This document shows, one piece after another, positions 35,167 to 43,900 of a DNA stretch of 64,000 bases. Every line of letters begins with the position of its first letter. The stretch's first letter is position 1. The notes under the pieces are model-generated. The model was not told where the DNA came from. It made no database searches and worked only from the letters and a program-made list of their open reading frames with translations. The translations under genes and the position numbers were made by a program. Location: assembly GCA_045586515.1 (NCBI GenBank), contig JAZNAM010000087.1:11501-75500 (forward strand), written 5' to 3'. Source of the stretch: Eubacteriales bacterium (GTDB lineage: Bacteria; Bacillota; Clostridia; Oscillospirales; CAG-272).

Positions 35167-35889
35167 ATGATTTACACGGAAGAATTTGAGGTGCGTTGGC
35201 ACGACACCGATGCCAAAAGAGAAATGAGACCGTCCGAGGCACTTGCCTATATGCAGGAAACGGCGAATCATCAATTTCGCACACATGCGCGCACACTTGA
35301 CGAGATGCGCGATCATGATGGCGTGGGGTTTATTTTATCGCGTATTGCGGTGGATTTTCTTGCTCCCATACATGCTTATGATCTCATCACGGTGAATACC
35401 GCCACTTGCGCAGGGCACGGACTTTGTTTTCCTCGTCGTTTTGAGATTAGGAGAGGGAATGAGGTTGTGGCACGCGCCATGTCCCAATGGGCAATGGTGC
35501 GTGTGGCGGATCGCACACTGGTACGCGCCGCCGAAGCGCCGCTGTTTTTTGGGGATGAGCCCCAAATCGCAGTGGATATGCCTTTGCGTTACCGCGTGCC
35601 GCGCGAGCTTCGCTTTGAACCGGTGGGGGAGCGCCGCATCGTGTATTCCGATCTTGATTACAATATGCATATGAATAACACCAAGTATCCCAATATGCTC
35701 TATGATTTTTTGCCCGATGCCAATACATTGCGTATTACGGGCATGTCACTTTCCTATCACAGAGAAGCGGCATTTGGCGACGTGCTTGCGATTGAGCGCG
35801 CGACGGACGGCGCGGGTACGTGGTATTTTCGCACCCGTAAAGAGGGTGATGTGTGTCTGGAAGCAATGCTACGGACCCAAAACCGATAA
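35167..35889 (+). CDS. Acyl-ACP thioesterase (FatA/B-like, double hotdog)
   Basis: Starts at MIYTEEFEVRWHDTDAKREMRPSEALAYMQE, typical of the Acyl-ACP_TE family. Second hotdog half with YSDLDYNMHMNN. Confidence 0.8.
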   Translation: MIYTEEFEVRWHDTDAKREMRPSEALAYMQETANHQFRTHARTLDEMRDHDGVGFILSRIAVDFLAPIHAYDLITVNTATCAGHGLCFPRRFEIRRGNEVVARAMSQWAMVRVADRTLVRAAEAPLFFGDEPQIAVDMPLRYRVPRELRFEPVGERRIVYSDLDYNMHMNNTKYPNMLYDFLPDANTLRITGMSLSYHREAAFGDVLAIERATDGAGTWYFRTRKEGDVCLEAMLRTQNR

Positions 35890-35904
35890 AGGAGTTACAT
35901 CAAT

Positions 35905-36393
35905 ATGTCAATCGAACAGGTAAGAGCGTATTTCCGCACGCTCGGTATCGAGGATAGAATCAAAGAATTCACAGTGTCCAGTGCAACCGTAGAGCTTGCC
36001 GCCGCGGCACTTGGCTGTGAGGGCTGCCGTATTGCCAAAACGCTGTCCTTCTCGCTTGGCGGCGCCCCTATTCTGATCGTCGCAGCGGGCGATGCAAAGG
36101 TGGATAATGCACGTTACAAGGCGCGTTTTGCAACCAAAGCAAAGATGCTTACGCCCGACGAGGCGGTGGATTTGATCGGTCATGCCGTCGGTGGCGTGTG
36201 CCCATTTGCTGTAAAAGAGGGCGTCACCGTGTATCTTGATGAGTCGCTCAAACGTTTTGAAACTGTGTTTCCCGCATGTGGTAGCAGTAATAGCGCCATT
36301 GAACTGACAATTCCTGAGTTGGAGCGTTATTCGAACAGTTCCGAATGGGTGGATGTGTGTAAGGCGTGGCGCCCTGAGGAAGTGGCGCAATAA
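35905..36393 (+). CDS. YbaK/EbsC/ProX-type aminoacyl-tRNA editing (deacylase) domain protein
   Basis: IAKTLSF...ILIVAAGDAKVDNARYK...GHAVGGVCPF pattern of YbaK-like trans-editing proteins. RBS AAAGGAG. Confidence 0.75.
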   Translation: MSIEQVRAYFRTLGIEDRIKEFTVSSATVELAAAALGCEGCRIAKTLSFSLGGAPILIVAAGDAKVDNARYKARFATKAKMLTPDEAVDLIGHAVGGVCPFAVKEGVTVYLDESLKRFETVFPACGSSNSAIELTIPELERYSNSSEWVDVCKAWRPEEVAQ

Positions 36394-36423
36394 CAAAGAG
36401 GGCAACTAAGGTTGCCCTCTTTG
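36394..36423. terminator. Bidirectional intrinsic terminator
   Basis: 13-bp stem CAAAGAGGGCAAC/GTTGCCCTCTTTG with a TAAG loop, between convergent genes. Confidence 0.88.
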
Positions 36424-36424
36424 T

Positions 36425-37228
36425 TTATTTTTGTTTACGGTATTGCAGCGGAGAGATACCATTTCGTTTCTTGAACAGACGGCAGAAATAGCCGTAGTTG
36501 GAGATGCCAACATGCGTACAGATCTCACTTATGGGTAGATCCGTGCGAAGCAAGAGCCCTCTTGCCGTTTCCATGCGGCGTGCGGTGATATATTGATTGA
36601 CACCGCATCCCATATGCTCGGCAAACAGGCGGTAAAGTCCTGTCTTGGACATATGAATGTCATGGCAGATTCGCTCTACAGACAAGTCCTCGGTGAGATT
36701 TTGATCAATGAAGGCAACGAGGCGCTCGACCTCTTCGCTTTTTTTGGCGAGAATTAGATCCTCCGAGAGAATATACGTGGTCAGCACGGTGGCAAGATTG
36801 GCAACCGCGCGTGCGCGTTCTTGCGTGTAAAGTGGATGGCGGCGGTAGAGAGCCTGACAATGGACTTTGTCCGCCACAGCAATGTCGTCGGGTAGATTTT
36901 CAAACTCGCGCATGCGTCCCATGATAAGGTAGCCAAGCAGCACACCGTCTTTTTGCACGGGGATGCAAATATCTACAAGACCGGCATGGCAATGGTGCAC
37001 CTGCATGTCGCGCGTTTGTTGACATAGGGAAAAGAGACGTTCATGGGCGACACGGCAGGCGTGCGCACCGCCGCACCTTTTCCAACATTCGCAAAAATCG
37101 TCAACAGAATCGGTCACGGTCGCAACATAACGGAATTGCAAATCGGATAGGGAAATATGTACGCCCGTTGCAACGTAGAAATCGTTGAGAACCGCTTGCA
37201 ACTTGGCAACGTTGTAATTGATAATCAC
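36425..37228 (-). CDS. AraC-family transcriptional regulator with an N-terminal PocR-like sensory domain
   Basis: C-terminal AraC HTH (ISEICTHVGISNYGYFCRLFKKRNGISPLQYR). N-terminal Cys/His-rich PocR-like region (CWKRCGGAHACR...HHCHAGLVDICIPV). GTG start at comp 37226-28, 8 nt after GGAGGTG. Confidence 0.75.
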   Translation of the reverse strand: MIINYNVAKLQAVLNDFYVATGVHISLSDLQFRYVATVTDSVDDFCECWKRCGGAHACRVAHERLFSLCQQTRDMQVHHCHAGLVDICIPVQKDGVLLGYLIMGRMREFENLPDDIAVADKVHCQALYRRHPLYTQERARAVANLATVLTTYILSEDLILAKKSEEVERLVAFIDQNLTEDLSVERICHDIHMSKTGLYRLFAEHMGCGVNQYITARRMETARGLLLRTDLPISEICTHVGISNYGYFCRLFKKRNGISPLQYRKQK

Positions 37229-37424
37229 GTAGCGGCACCTCCGTTTACAAAATTCGCCACCATCATACCATAAAGCGTCTTGTTTGTAAAGGGGGGGCAC
37301 AAATCGCTTGGAAAGATAGTGTCATTTTTTAACGCGTTCGTCACTTGGTTTTCCTCTTGGTTAGAGCAAATTGTCGACGAAAAAAATATTTTTCAAAAAA
37401 GTGAAGAAAAATGTAAAAATGCAC

Positions 37425-37453
37425 TTGACAACTGACAAGCGGTGTGTTAAAAT
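37425..37453 (+). promoter_or_regulatory. Sigma-A type promoter of the glycine-riboswitch leader
   Basis: TTGACA 37425-37430, 17-nt spacer, TAAAAT 37448-37453. Confidence 0.65.
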
Positions 37454-37462
37454 AACGAGGTA

Positions 37463-37544
37463 TTCCGCAGAATCCTTAGGGAGCCGCAGGGCAACCGAAG
37501 GTGGAGGAAGCTCTGGAGAATCTCTCTAGGCAAAACCAACGGAA
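37463..37544 (+). promoter_or_regulatory. Glycine riboswitch aptamer (first of two)
   Basis: P1 candidate TTCCG/CGGAA. Conserved cores AACCGAAGGTGGAGG and GAATCTCTCTAGGCAAAAC match the glycine consensus (..CCGAAGGnGCAA.. and ..AAUCUCUCAGGCAAAAGGAC..). Confidence 0.7.
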
Positions 37545-37691
37545 CTGAATCCGATTTTGGATGGCAAATTAATGGTCTGGCTGTGTCAGCGCTCTTGGCA
37601 ATATCCGCATATTGCCTGCGTGTGCTTCCTTGCCATAACAAAAATTTGCTCCCCCAAAACTCACAAGACTTGTCGGGTGTGTGATTTCAGA

Positions 37692-37770
37692 TTTGTCGGT
37701 TTTGACTACAAGGAGTGCCGAAGGTGCAAGGCGAGCGTGCTTGCCGAATCTCTCAGGCAAAAGGACAGGG
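37692..37770 (+). promoter_or_regulatory. Glycine riboswitch aptamer (second of two)
   Basis: GGAGTGCCGAAGGTGCAAGGCGAGCGTGCTTGCCGAATCTCTCAGGCAAAAGGACAGGG. The 3' core is near identical to the consensus. P1 candidate TTGTC/GACAG(G). Confidence 0.8.
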
Positions 37771-37808
37771 CGAAAAGAATAATCTTTTCGTACCCTACTT
37801 ATTCTTTG

Positions 37809-37846
37809 GAGTTGCCGCCGTCTGCGGGCAACTCTATTTTTATTTT
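37809..37846 (+). terminator. Riboswitch expression-platform terminator
   Basis: Stem GAGTTGCC/GGCAACTC (37809-16/37827-34) followed by TATTTTTATTTT, 20 nt before the symporter RBS. Confidence 0.75.
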
Positions 37847-37865
37847 CCAAAGGAGAAAAAACAAC

Positions 37866-39479
37866 ATGTGGGCAAACATTCAAGCTGCACTCGACAGCGT
37901 GCAGGCAACGCTTCTCACAGGTGTTGACACCGTTAACAACTACCTGTCCAACTGGATCCTTTTGATTCTTTTGGTTGGTATCGGTCTGTTCTACACCATT
38001 CGCACCAGATTCGTTCAGGTTCGTTGCTTCGGCGAGGGCATGAAAAACGTATTTGGCAATTTTAAGATGAAGGGCGAGAACAATGGTAAGATCTCCTCCT
38101 TCCAGGCAGTCGCTACTGCGATTGCGGCGCAGGTCGGTACGGGTAACATTGTGGGTGCTTGCGGCGCAATTCTTGTTGGTGGTCCCGGCGCCATCTTCTG
38201 GATGTGGATCATCGCCTTCTTCGGCATGGCAACCATCTATGCCGAGGCAGTTCTTGCGCAGAAGACGCGCGTGGTGGACGAGGACGGCACCGTTCGCGGC
38301 GGTCCCGTTTACTACATCCGTCACGCATTCAAGGGTTGGTTCGGCAAGTTCCTTGCGGGCTTCTTCGCCGTTGCTGCCATCATCGCACTTGGCTTTGTTG
38401 GTGCTATGGTGCAGTCTAACTCGATTGCGGGCAACGTGGCAGGTGCTTTCTCTGCTTGTGGTATGACGGGTGATAACGCGCTGTTTGTCGTTAAAATCGT
38501 TACCGGTATCATTGTAGCAGCGCTTGCGGGTGTCGTGCTGTTTGGCGGCACCAAGCGTCTTGCTTCCGTTACCGAGAAGATGGTTCCCATCATGGCGCTT
38601 CTCTATCTCATTGGTGGCGCGTGCGTTCTCGTTCTTCGTATGGAGCATATTCCCGAGGCGATCGGTATGATCTTCAAGTACGCTTTCAAGCCCCAGGCAG
38701 TTGCAGGCGGTACGCTTGGCGCAGCCATTATGCTTGCCGTAACGCAGGGTGCAAAGCGCGGTCTGTTCTCCAACGAGGCAGGTATGGGTTCTACCCCCCA
38801 CGCACACGCACTTGCTGACGTGAAAGATCCTCACACGCAGGGTACTACCGCTATGATCGGTGTGTTCATTGATACCTTTGTTGTGCTTACGATGACCGCA
38901 ATGATCGTGATTACCACGTTGTATGCTTCCGATGGCATTATTGGTCAGCTGATTCAGCTGAACGGTTATACCGGCAACGCATACTCCATCAAAGAGCTTC
39001 TTGCCATGGTTGGTTCCGGTCTTGATGGCAGCAACATGGCGCAGCAGGGTGTGGCAATGGCGTTCGGCGCATCGGGCGCAGACGTTAGATTTGGCAGCAT
39101 TCTCATTGCTATTTGCCTGTTCTTCTTTGCATTCTCCACGATTCTCAGCTGGAACTACTTCGGCAAGGTCAACTTTGAGCATCTCTTCGGCAAGAAGTCC
39201 GCAACTGTATACGGAATTATCGCCGTTGCGTTTGTGTTCCTTGGCTCTATTTTCTCCAACGATCTCGTTTGGGCGTTGACTGATATGTTCAACAACCTCA
39301 TGGTTATCCCCAACGTTATGGCAATTGCTGTTCTTTCCGGCATAGTTGTCAATTCCGCTTGGAAGAAAAAGAAGGCTTGCTGCTGTTGCTGTGAGTGCGC
39401 CGATGCTGAGACAGTTGCCGCTGAGGTGGCGGCTGATGAGGCAGAGGTTGAGGAAACCGTTGAAGCGGTAGAGGAATAA
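37866..39479 (+). CDS. Sodium:alanine/glycine symporter (AGCS family), intact, with a poly-Cys acidic C-terminal tail
   Basis: Starts at MWANIQAALDS after RBS AAAGGAGAA. The product has the AGCS motifs SSFQAVATAIAAQVGTGNIVG, GGPGAIFWMW, GGPVYYI and FSNEAGMGS. The ORF-track start at 37557 would run through the riboswitch. Confidence 0.9.
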   Translation: MWANIQAALDSVQATLLTGVDTVNNYLSNWILLILLVGIGLFYTIRTRFVQVRCFGEGMKNVFGNFKMKGENNGKISSFQAVATAIAAQVGTGNIVGACGAILVGGPGAIFWMWIIAFFGMATIYAEAVLAQKTRVVDEDGTVRGGPVYYIRHAFKGWFGKFLAGFFAVAAIIALGFVGAMVQSNSIAGNVAGAFSACGMTGDNALFVVKIVTGIIVAALAGVVLFGGTKRLASVTEKMVPIMALLYLIGGACVLVLRMEHIPEAIGMIFKYAFKPQAVAGGTLGAAIMLAVTQGAKRGLFSNEAGMGSTPHAHALADVKDPHTQGTTAMIGVFIDTFVVLTMTAMIVITTLYASDGIIGQLIQLNGYTGNAYSIKELLAMVGSGLDGSNMAQQGVAMAFGASGADVRFGSILIAICLFFFAFSTILSWNYFGKVNFEHLFGKKSATVYGIIAVAFVFLGSIFSNDLVWALTDMFNNLMVIPNVMAIAVLSGIVVNSAWKKKKACCCCCECADAETVAAEVAADEAEVEETVEAVEE

Positions 39480-39492
39480 TCTCAGTTCAAAT

Positions 39493-39523
39493 AAAAAGGC
39501 AGAGCGGTCCGCTCTGCCTTTTT
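39493..39523 (+). terminator. Intrinsic terminator after the symporter gene
   Basis: AAAAAGGCAGAGC-GGTCC-GCTCTGCCTTTTT. Confidence 0.88.
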
Positions 39524-39573
39524 GCATATGGTGCGATTTGTGCGCATATGCTCCGTTTGAGAGGGGGGAGGGC

Positions 39574-39966
39574 ATGACTCTTTTTGAAAGCATAGAGAAA
39601 AGGGGGCAGCTCTACCGTCACGGCGGGAGAGAGGTGCTCCGCGTTGCCGCTACACACGTAACGGGTAAGAGCGCGGCGGCACAGCATACCGAGGCGCTTG
39701 TCTTGGCGCTTATCACGTACGCGGAGCAGACACTTTTGCCGTGTGCTTGCCAAGCGCTGGATCTTGCCTTGGCAAATGGTTCGGGATATGCGTTTCATTC
39801 GCATCAATATCATATTAACGTGGTGGAAAAACGCGTGGCGCATGGGGTGATGATTACGCTCGCCGCGGCACTTCAAACGAGCGACGCATATGAGGAGCGC
39901 ACGCTCATAATGTACTGGACACAGGACGGCACATGGCAAAAAAGAAGGCATCACCGAGAGCGGTGA
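39574..39966 (+). CDS. Hypothetical protein (130 aa)
   Basis: ATG after RBS GGGGGGAGGG. No recognisable motif. The terminator overlaps its 3' end. Confidence 0.45.
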   Translation: MTLFESIEKRGQLYRHGGREVLRVAATHVTGKSAAAQHTEALVLALITYAEQTLLPCACQALDLALANGSGYAFHSHQYHINVVEKRVAHGVMITLAAALQTSDAYEERTLIMYWTQDGTWQKRRHHRER

Positions 39967-39980
39967 CGCCTTCTTTTTTT
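39942..39980. terminator. Bidirectional terminator
   Basis: 15-bp stem AAGAAGGCATCACCG/CGGTGACGCCTTCTT (one mismatch), AGAG loop, T-run. Lies between convergent genes. Confidence 0.75.
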
Positions 39981-40818
39981 ATTCGGTGATGCGCTTGATG
40001 AAATAGCGACCCATTTGTTCCATGTGGGTGAGCGCGAGGGGAACCAGCTCGTGGGGATAGCGCTTGAAGAAATTGCTTGCTTCATAGGTAAAATGTTCTT
40101 CGTAGCCAATCTCGCGCAATGCCGCGATCACGCTTTCCCAGTCGATTTTACCTTGATAAGGGAGTGTATGTTTGTCACTGATTAAATCGTTATCATGCAC
40201 GTGAAGACAGCCGATGCGGGATTTGCCAAGGCCGCGGATCATAGCGGCGGCACCAGGCGCACCCGGCATTTCTGCGTGGCCGATATCCAGACAGCCCGTG
40301 AGGTAGTGGGAACTCGCAATATCAATATGTGCACAGAAATCTTTTACCGTGCCGCACGCGGCGGGATAGGTGCGTTTTGTGATCGGCTTGCGGTTCCACA
40401 TGTTTTCCGTAGCAAGGCGCACGCCCAGCTGTTCTGCTTGGGGAAGCAGTTTTTCATAGAGGTTTGTAAAGTTTTTGGTGGCGTTGTAATTGTTGCCAGG
40501 ATGTACGACGAGCATTCCGCATTCCAACTCGTGGCAGATCTCGATTGCACGGCGGTGGAGCGTAACGTAGAATGCGTAATCGTCGGAGGTTTTGATTTTA
40601 CCAAAGGCAGAGTGCGCCTGTAAGCAAGGCAGAGAAAGTTCATCGGCCACCTTTTTGACGTTCTTCGCGCGTTTTATGTAGTCATCGTCCCGCAAGAAGT
40701 GGGTTTTGCTATCCATTGAGAAGTCATAGGCGTCAAAACCTGCTTCGGCGATCATGCGGATGGCTTGGAGGTCGTTGCATCGTTTGGCAATACTTCCGGT
40801 GTTCATTACAAGCTTCAT
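39979..40818 (-). CDS. Sugar phosphate isomerase/epimerase (xylose isomerase-like TIM barrel)
   Basis: Start moved to MKLVMNTGSI (RBS GAAGGAA). Motifs typical of the AP_endonuc_2/IolE-like family: HPG, ENM..., CLDIGHA and HVHDN. Promoter TTGACA-N17-TATAAT upstream. Confidence 0.8.
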   Translation of the reverse strand: MKLVMNTGSIAKRCNDLQAIRMIAEAGFDAYDFSMDSKTHFLRDDDYIKRAKNVKKVADELSLPCLQAHSAFGKIKTSDDYAFYVTLHRRAIEICHELECGMLVVHPGNNYNATKNFTNLYEKLLPQAEQLGVRLATENMWNRKPITKRTYPAACGTVKDFCAHIDIASSHYLTGCLDIGHAEMPGAPGAAAMIRGLGKSRIGCLHVHDNDLISDKHTLPYQGKIDWESVIAALREIGYEEHFTYEASNFFKRYPHELVPLALTHMEQMGRYFIKRITE

Positions 40819-40882
40819 ATGATACGTTCCTTCTGGGTGATTTATTGCTCTCATTATAGCACGCGTTTCGCGCACTGTCAAT

Positions 40883-40918
40883 AAAAAAGCGGTATGCCAA
40901 ATGGCATACCGCTTTTTT
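40883..40918 (-). terminator. Intrinsic terminator after the fused ABC gene
   Basis: Stem GCGGTATGCC/GGCATACCGC flanked by A6 and T6. Confidence 0.88.
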
Positions 40919-40920
40919 AT

Positions 40921-43900
40921 TTATTCGCTGCGAAGCGCCTCTACGGGGTCCTTTTTCGAGGCGATGCGAGAGGGGATAATGCCCGCAATCAGCGTGAGTG
41001 CCATGCTAATGAGAATGAGCAATACAGCACCGCCGAAGGGGAGCACTGCCGTAATAATCGAAATACCCGTTACGGCACGTAGGATAAGCGTGATGGGAAT
41101 GCAAGCGAGCACAGTGAAGAGAATACCGATCACACCCGCAGAGAGACCGATGATGAGCGTTTCAGCATTGAATACGCGAGAAATATCGCGTTTCGAAGCA
41201 CCGATAGCACGCAGTACGCCGATCTCCTTGGTGCGCTCCAGTACGGAGATATAGGTGATAATGCCGATCATGATAGAGGAGACGATAAGCGAGATTGAAA
41301 CGAATGCGATCAGTACGTAGGAGATCGCGTCCACAATGATCGTAACCGAGGACATCAAATCGCCCACAATGTCGGTGTACTTGAGTTGTTTTTCTTCAGG
41401 AAGCGTGTCATTGTAATCGGCAATAAATGCCTCGATCTTTTCCTTGGAGTCGAAATCCACCGCGTAGAAGTTGATGGCAGAGGGATCTGCCTTTTCTGCG
41501 TCGCCAAGCTTTCTCAGCATCGAGTCGTAGGTGGCGTCCTTGTCGGGAACGAGATCGTAGAGCGTTTTCTCAAACGTGGCGAACATTTCGTCGTCCAGAA
41601 GCGGCTTGCCGTCCTCGGTCGTGCTGTTCAACATCAAAGAAATAAACTTTTCGTTGACTTGCCATTCGCCGTTTGCAAGCTTTGCTTGGATATCGCTAAA
41701 GAGTGCATCGGTTTTTTCGGCAGAGCAGATATCCTGTAGGCCCTTGATCTCAGGGATCGCAGGCGTCGTATCGGTTGCAGGGGTTGCCGGTATACCGTTC
41801 ACGAGGAGCATGATCTGCGTGTCGGACATGGAGGGAAGAAGATCGATCAGATTGTCCTTGGTGAAATCAACGCTGTTAAGTCCACCGGGAACCGATTTGA
41901 TTGCAGAGAACAACATATCGAGCGCCGTGATGTCCGTGGGTACGTAAGGCGGCATTGCAGGCTGCACGACATAGTTGTTTGCCACGGCATTTGCCAACAG
42001 GTCGGCAATGCAAGCAGTCATCTCCTTGTCGCTCAGGGTGTTGACGTACATAGTAATGGCAAGCTTTTTTTCGTTCCAGATCCCTTGGAACTGGGGATCG
42101 TTTCGCAGCATTGTCGTTACGATAGTGTAAAAGCGCTCCATGCTCGTGGAGCCAACGCGGTCAATGAGATCCATAACGTTGTCTCTGGTGTAGGGAATGC
42201 GCTCAAACGATGCGCCGGTGAGCACGTTGTGCTCGGGCGTTGCCTTCTGCTGCGCGATGATCTCGCTCTCGGTGTTCTTTTGCAGAATGTAGTTCGTGAG
42301 TTCCTTGGTATAGCCGAGTGCACCCGATATAGAGGTGGCGGTCGAGCCCTTCTTGGGACGAACGATACCCGAGATCACAAGGTCGGTGCCATTTTCGGTA
42401 ACGAAGCCTTCCTGATCAAAGCCCGCTTCACGCACGTCGTACCACTTGGGATATTCCACGCCGTCTACGGTGTAGAACGTACCCGTTTTCTCATAAAAAT
42501 CCGACGTGTTGAGTAGCTTGAAGGTCATGCCGATGAAATCGCTGAATTCGTACGGCTCCATAGGGGTCGTGTCGTAGGTGCCGTCCGTCATGAGCGCGGT
42601 GAGGATACCCTCGATCTCTTCCTGAGGCAGAAGGCCCAACATATACAGGGTCATCTTGCTGATTTGGTTGTTGGAGCTGATTACGAGCACGACCTCGTTT
42701 GCCTGAGTCGGCCAATGGCTACCTTCGCCAACGAGCTCGTACTGCTGGTCGAGGAGCTCCTGATTGTCGATCATTTCGGACATGATACTCATGCTGCCCA
42801 TGCCCGAGGATTCCATCAGCGAGCCAAGACTTGCAAAGTCACTGCCCATGCTTTGGAAGATGGTGGTGGGATTGACCTGCGTCTTGCCGTCGGCGGTAAA
42901 GATTTGCAGATCGAAATCGTAGGAGTAGCGGATATCGTTGACGTAGGGCGCGAGCTCGTCCTCGTGCTCCTCAATGTATTTCTTGAATGCGACCAGATCG
43001 TTTTGCACGGTGGAGCTCATTGCCGCCATCATCGTGCCGAGCGAGTCGTCTACGTAGATCTTGCCCGAATCCGAGTAATCCTCAGTGGTGTTCACGCTCG
43101 TCATTGCGCTGAGCAATGCGCTGGTGTCCTGCGTTTCACGCTGAATGGTGAGCGGATACGAGGAAAGCGTATTTTCCTGTACGCTGGCAATGAAGAGGTT
43201 GACGCCGTTGGAAAGTGCAAGGATCAGTGCAATGCCGATAATGCCGATACTGCCCGCCACCGAAACCAGGAGCGTGCGCGCCTTCTTGGTGAGCAAGTTG
43301 TTAAACGAAAGGGAGAGCGCGGTGAAGAAGGACATGGAGCGCTTGCCTTTTCCGCTTTTTGCCTTCTTTTTCTTCTTGGAGGAAACCATCTCGATGTTGG
43401 GCGTTTCCTCTGCAACAACGGGCGCAACCTCGGGAACAGAGGCAACTTCTGCCGTTGCGTCAAAAGGATTGGAGTCGCTTTGCACTTCGCCGTCAAGCAG
43501 ACGGATGATGCGCGTGCTGTACTCTTCGGCAAGGTCGGGGTTGTGCGTAACCATCACGACCAACTTGCGCTCGGAAACCTTTTTGAGGATCTCCATGATT
43601 TGTACGCTGGTACCGGTGTCAAGTGCACCGGTGGGCTCATCGGCAAGAAGAATATCAGGGTCGTTTACGAGCGCTCTGGCGATTGCCACGCGTTGCATCT
43701 GACCGCCGGACATTTGGTTGGGCTTTTTGTGGATCTGATCGCCAAGACCAACTTGTTCCAACGCGTTAATTGCGCGCAGGCGGCGCTCTTCGCGGGAAAC
43801 GCCCGAGAGAGTGAGCGCGAGTTCTACGTTAGAGAGCACCGTTTGGTGCATAATGAGGTTATAACTTTGGAAAACGAAGCCAACAGAGTGGTTGCGATAA

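Noticed and set aside
34145-35296. A 383-aa minus-strand ORF longer than the fba gene it overlaps.
   Set aside because: It is antisense to a strongly codon-biased fba with unmistakable aldolase motifs. It crosses the fba terminator and has no start context. The same reasoning rejects the other long antisense ORFs: 911-2113, 3339-4199, 5191-5964, 23106-23837, 32674-33492, 42664-43998, 44571-45470, 49361-50299, 54717-55907, 59817-60560 and 61831-63387.
37557-37865. An in-frame N-terminal extension of the symporter ORF (start at 37557).
   Set aside because: The extension covers the second glycine aptamer and the terminator. The ATG at 37866 has a strong RBS, and the AGCS homology starts there.
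37569-39593. A 674-aa ORF on the minus strand, the longest in this part of the window.
   Set aside because: It is exactly antisense to the AGCS symporter gene. It also runs through the riboswitch, the symporter's terminator hairpin (39493-39523) and into the neighbouring gene. It has no RBS, and its product is low-complexity (Arg/His/Cys/Asn-rich). It is a shadow ORF, expected where sense codons avoid TTA/CTA/TCA.
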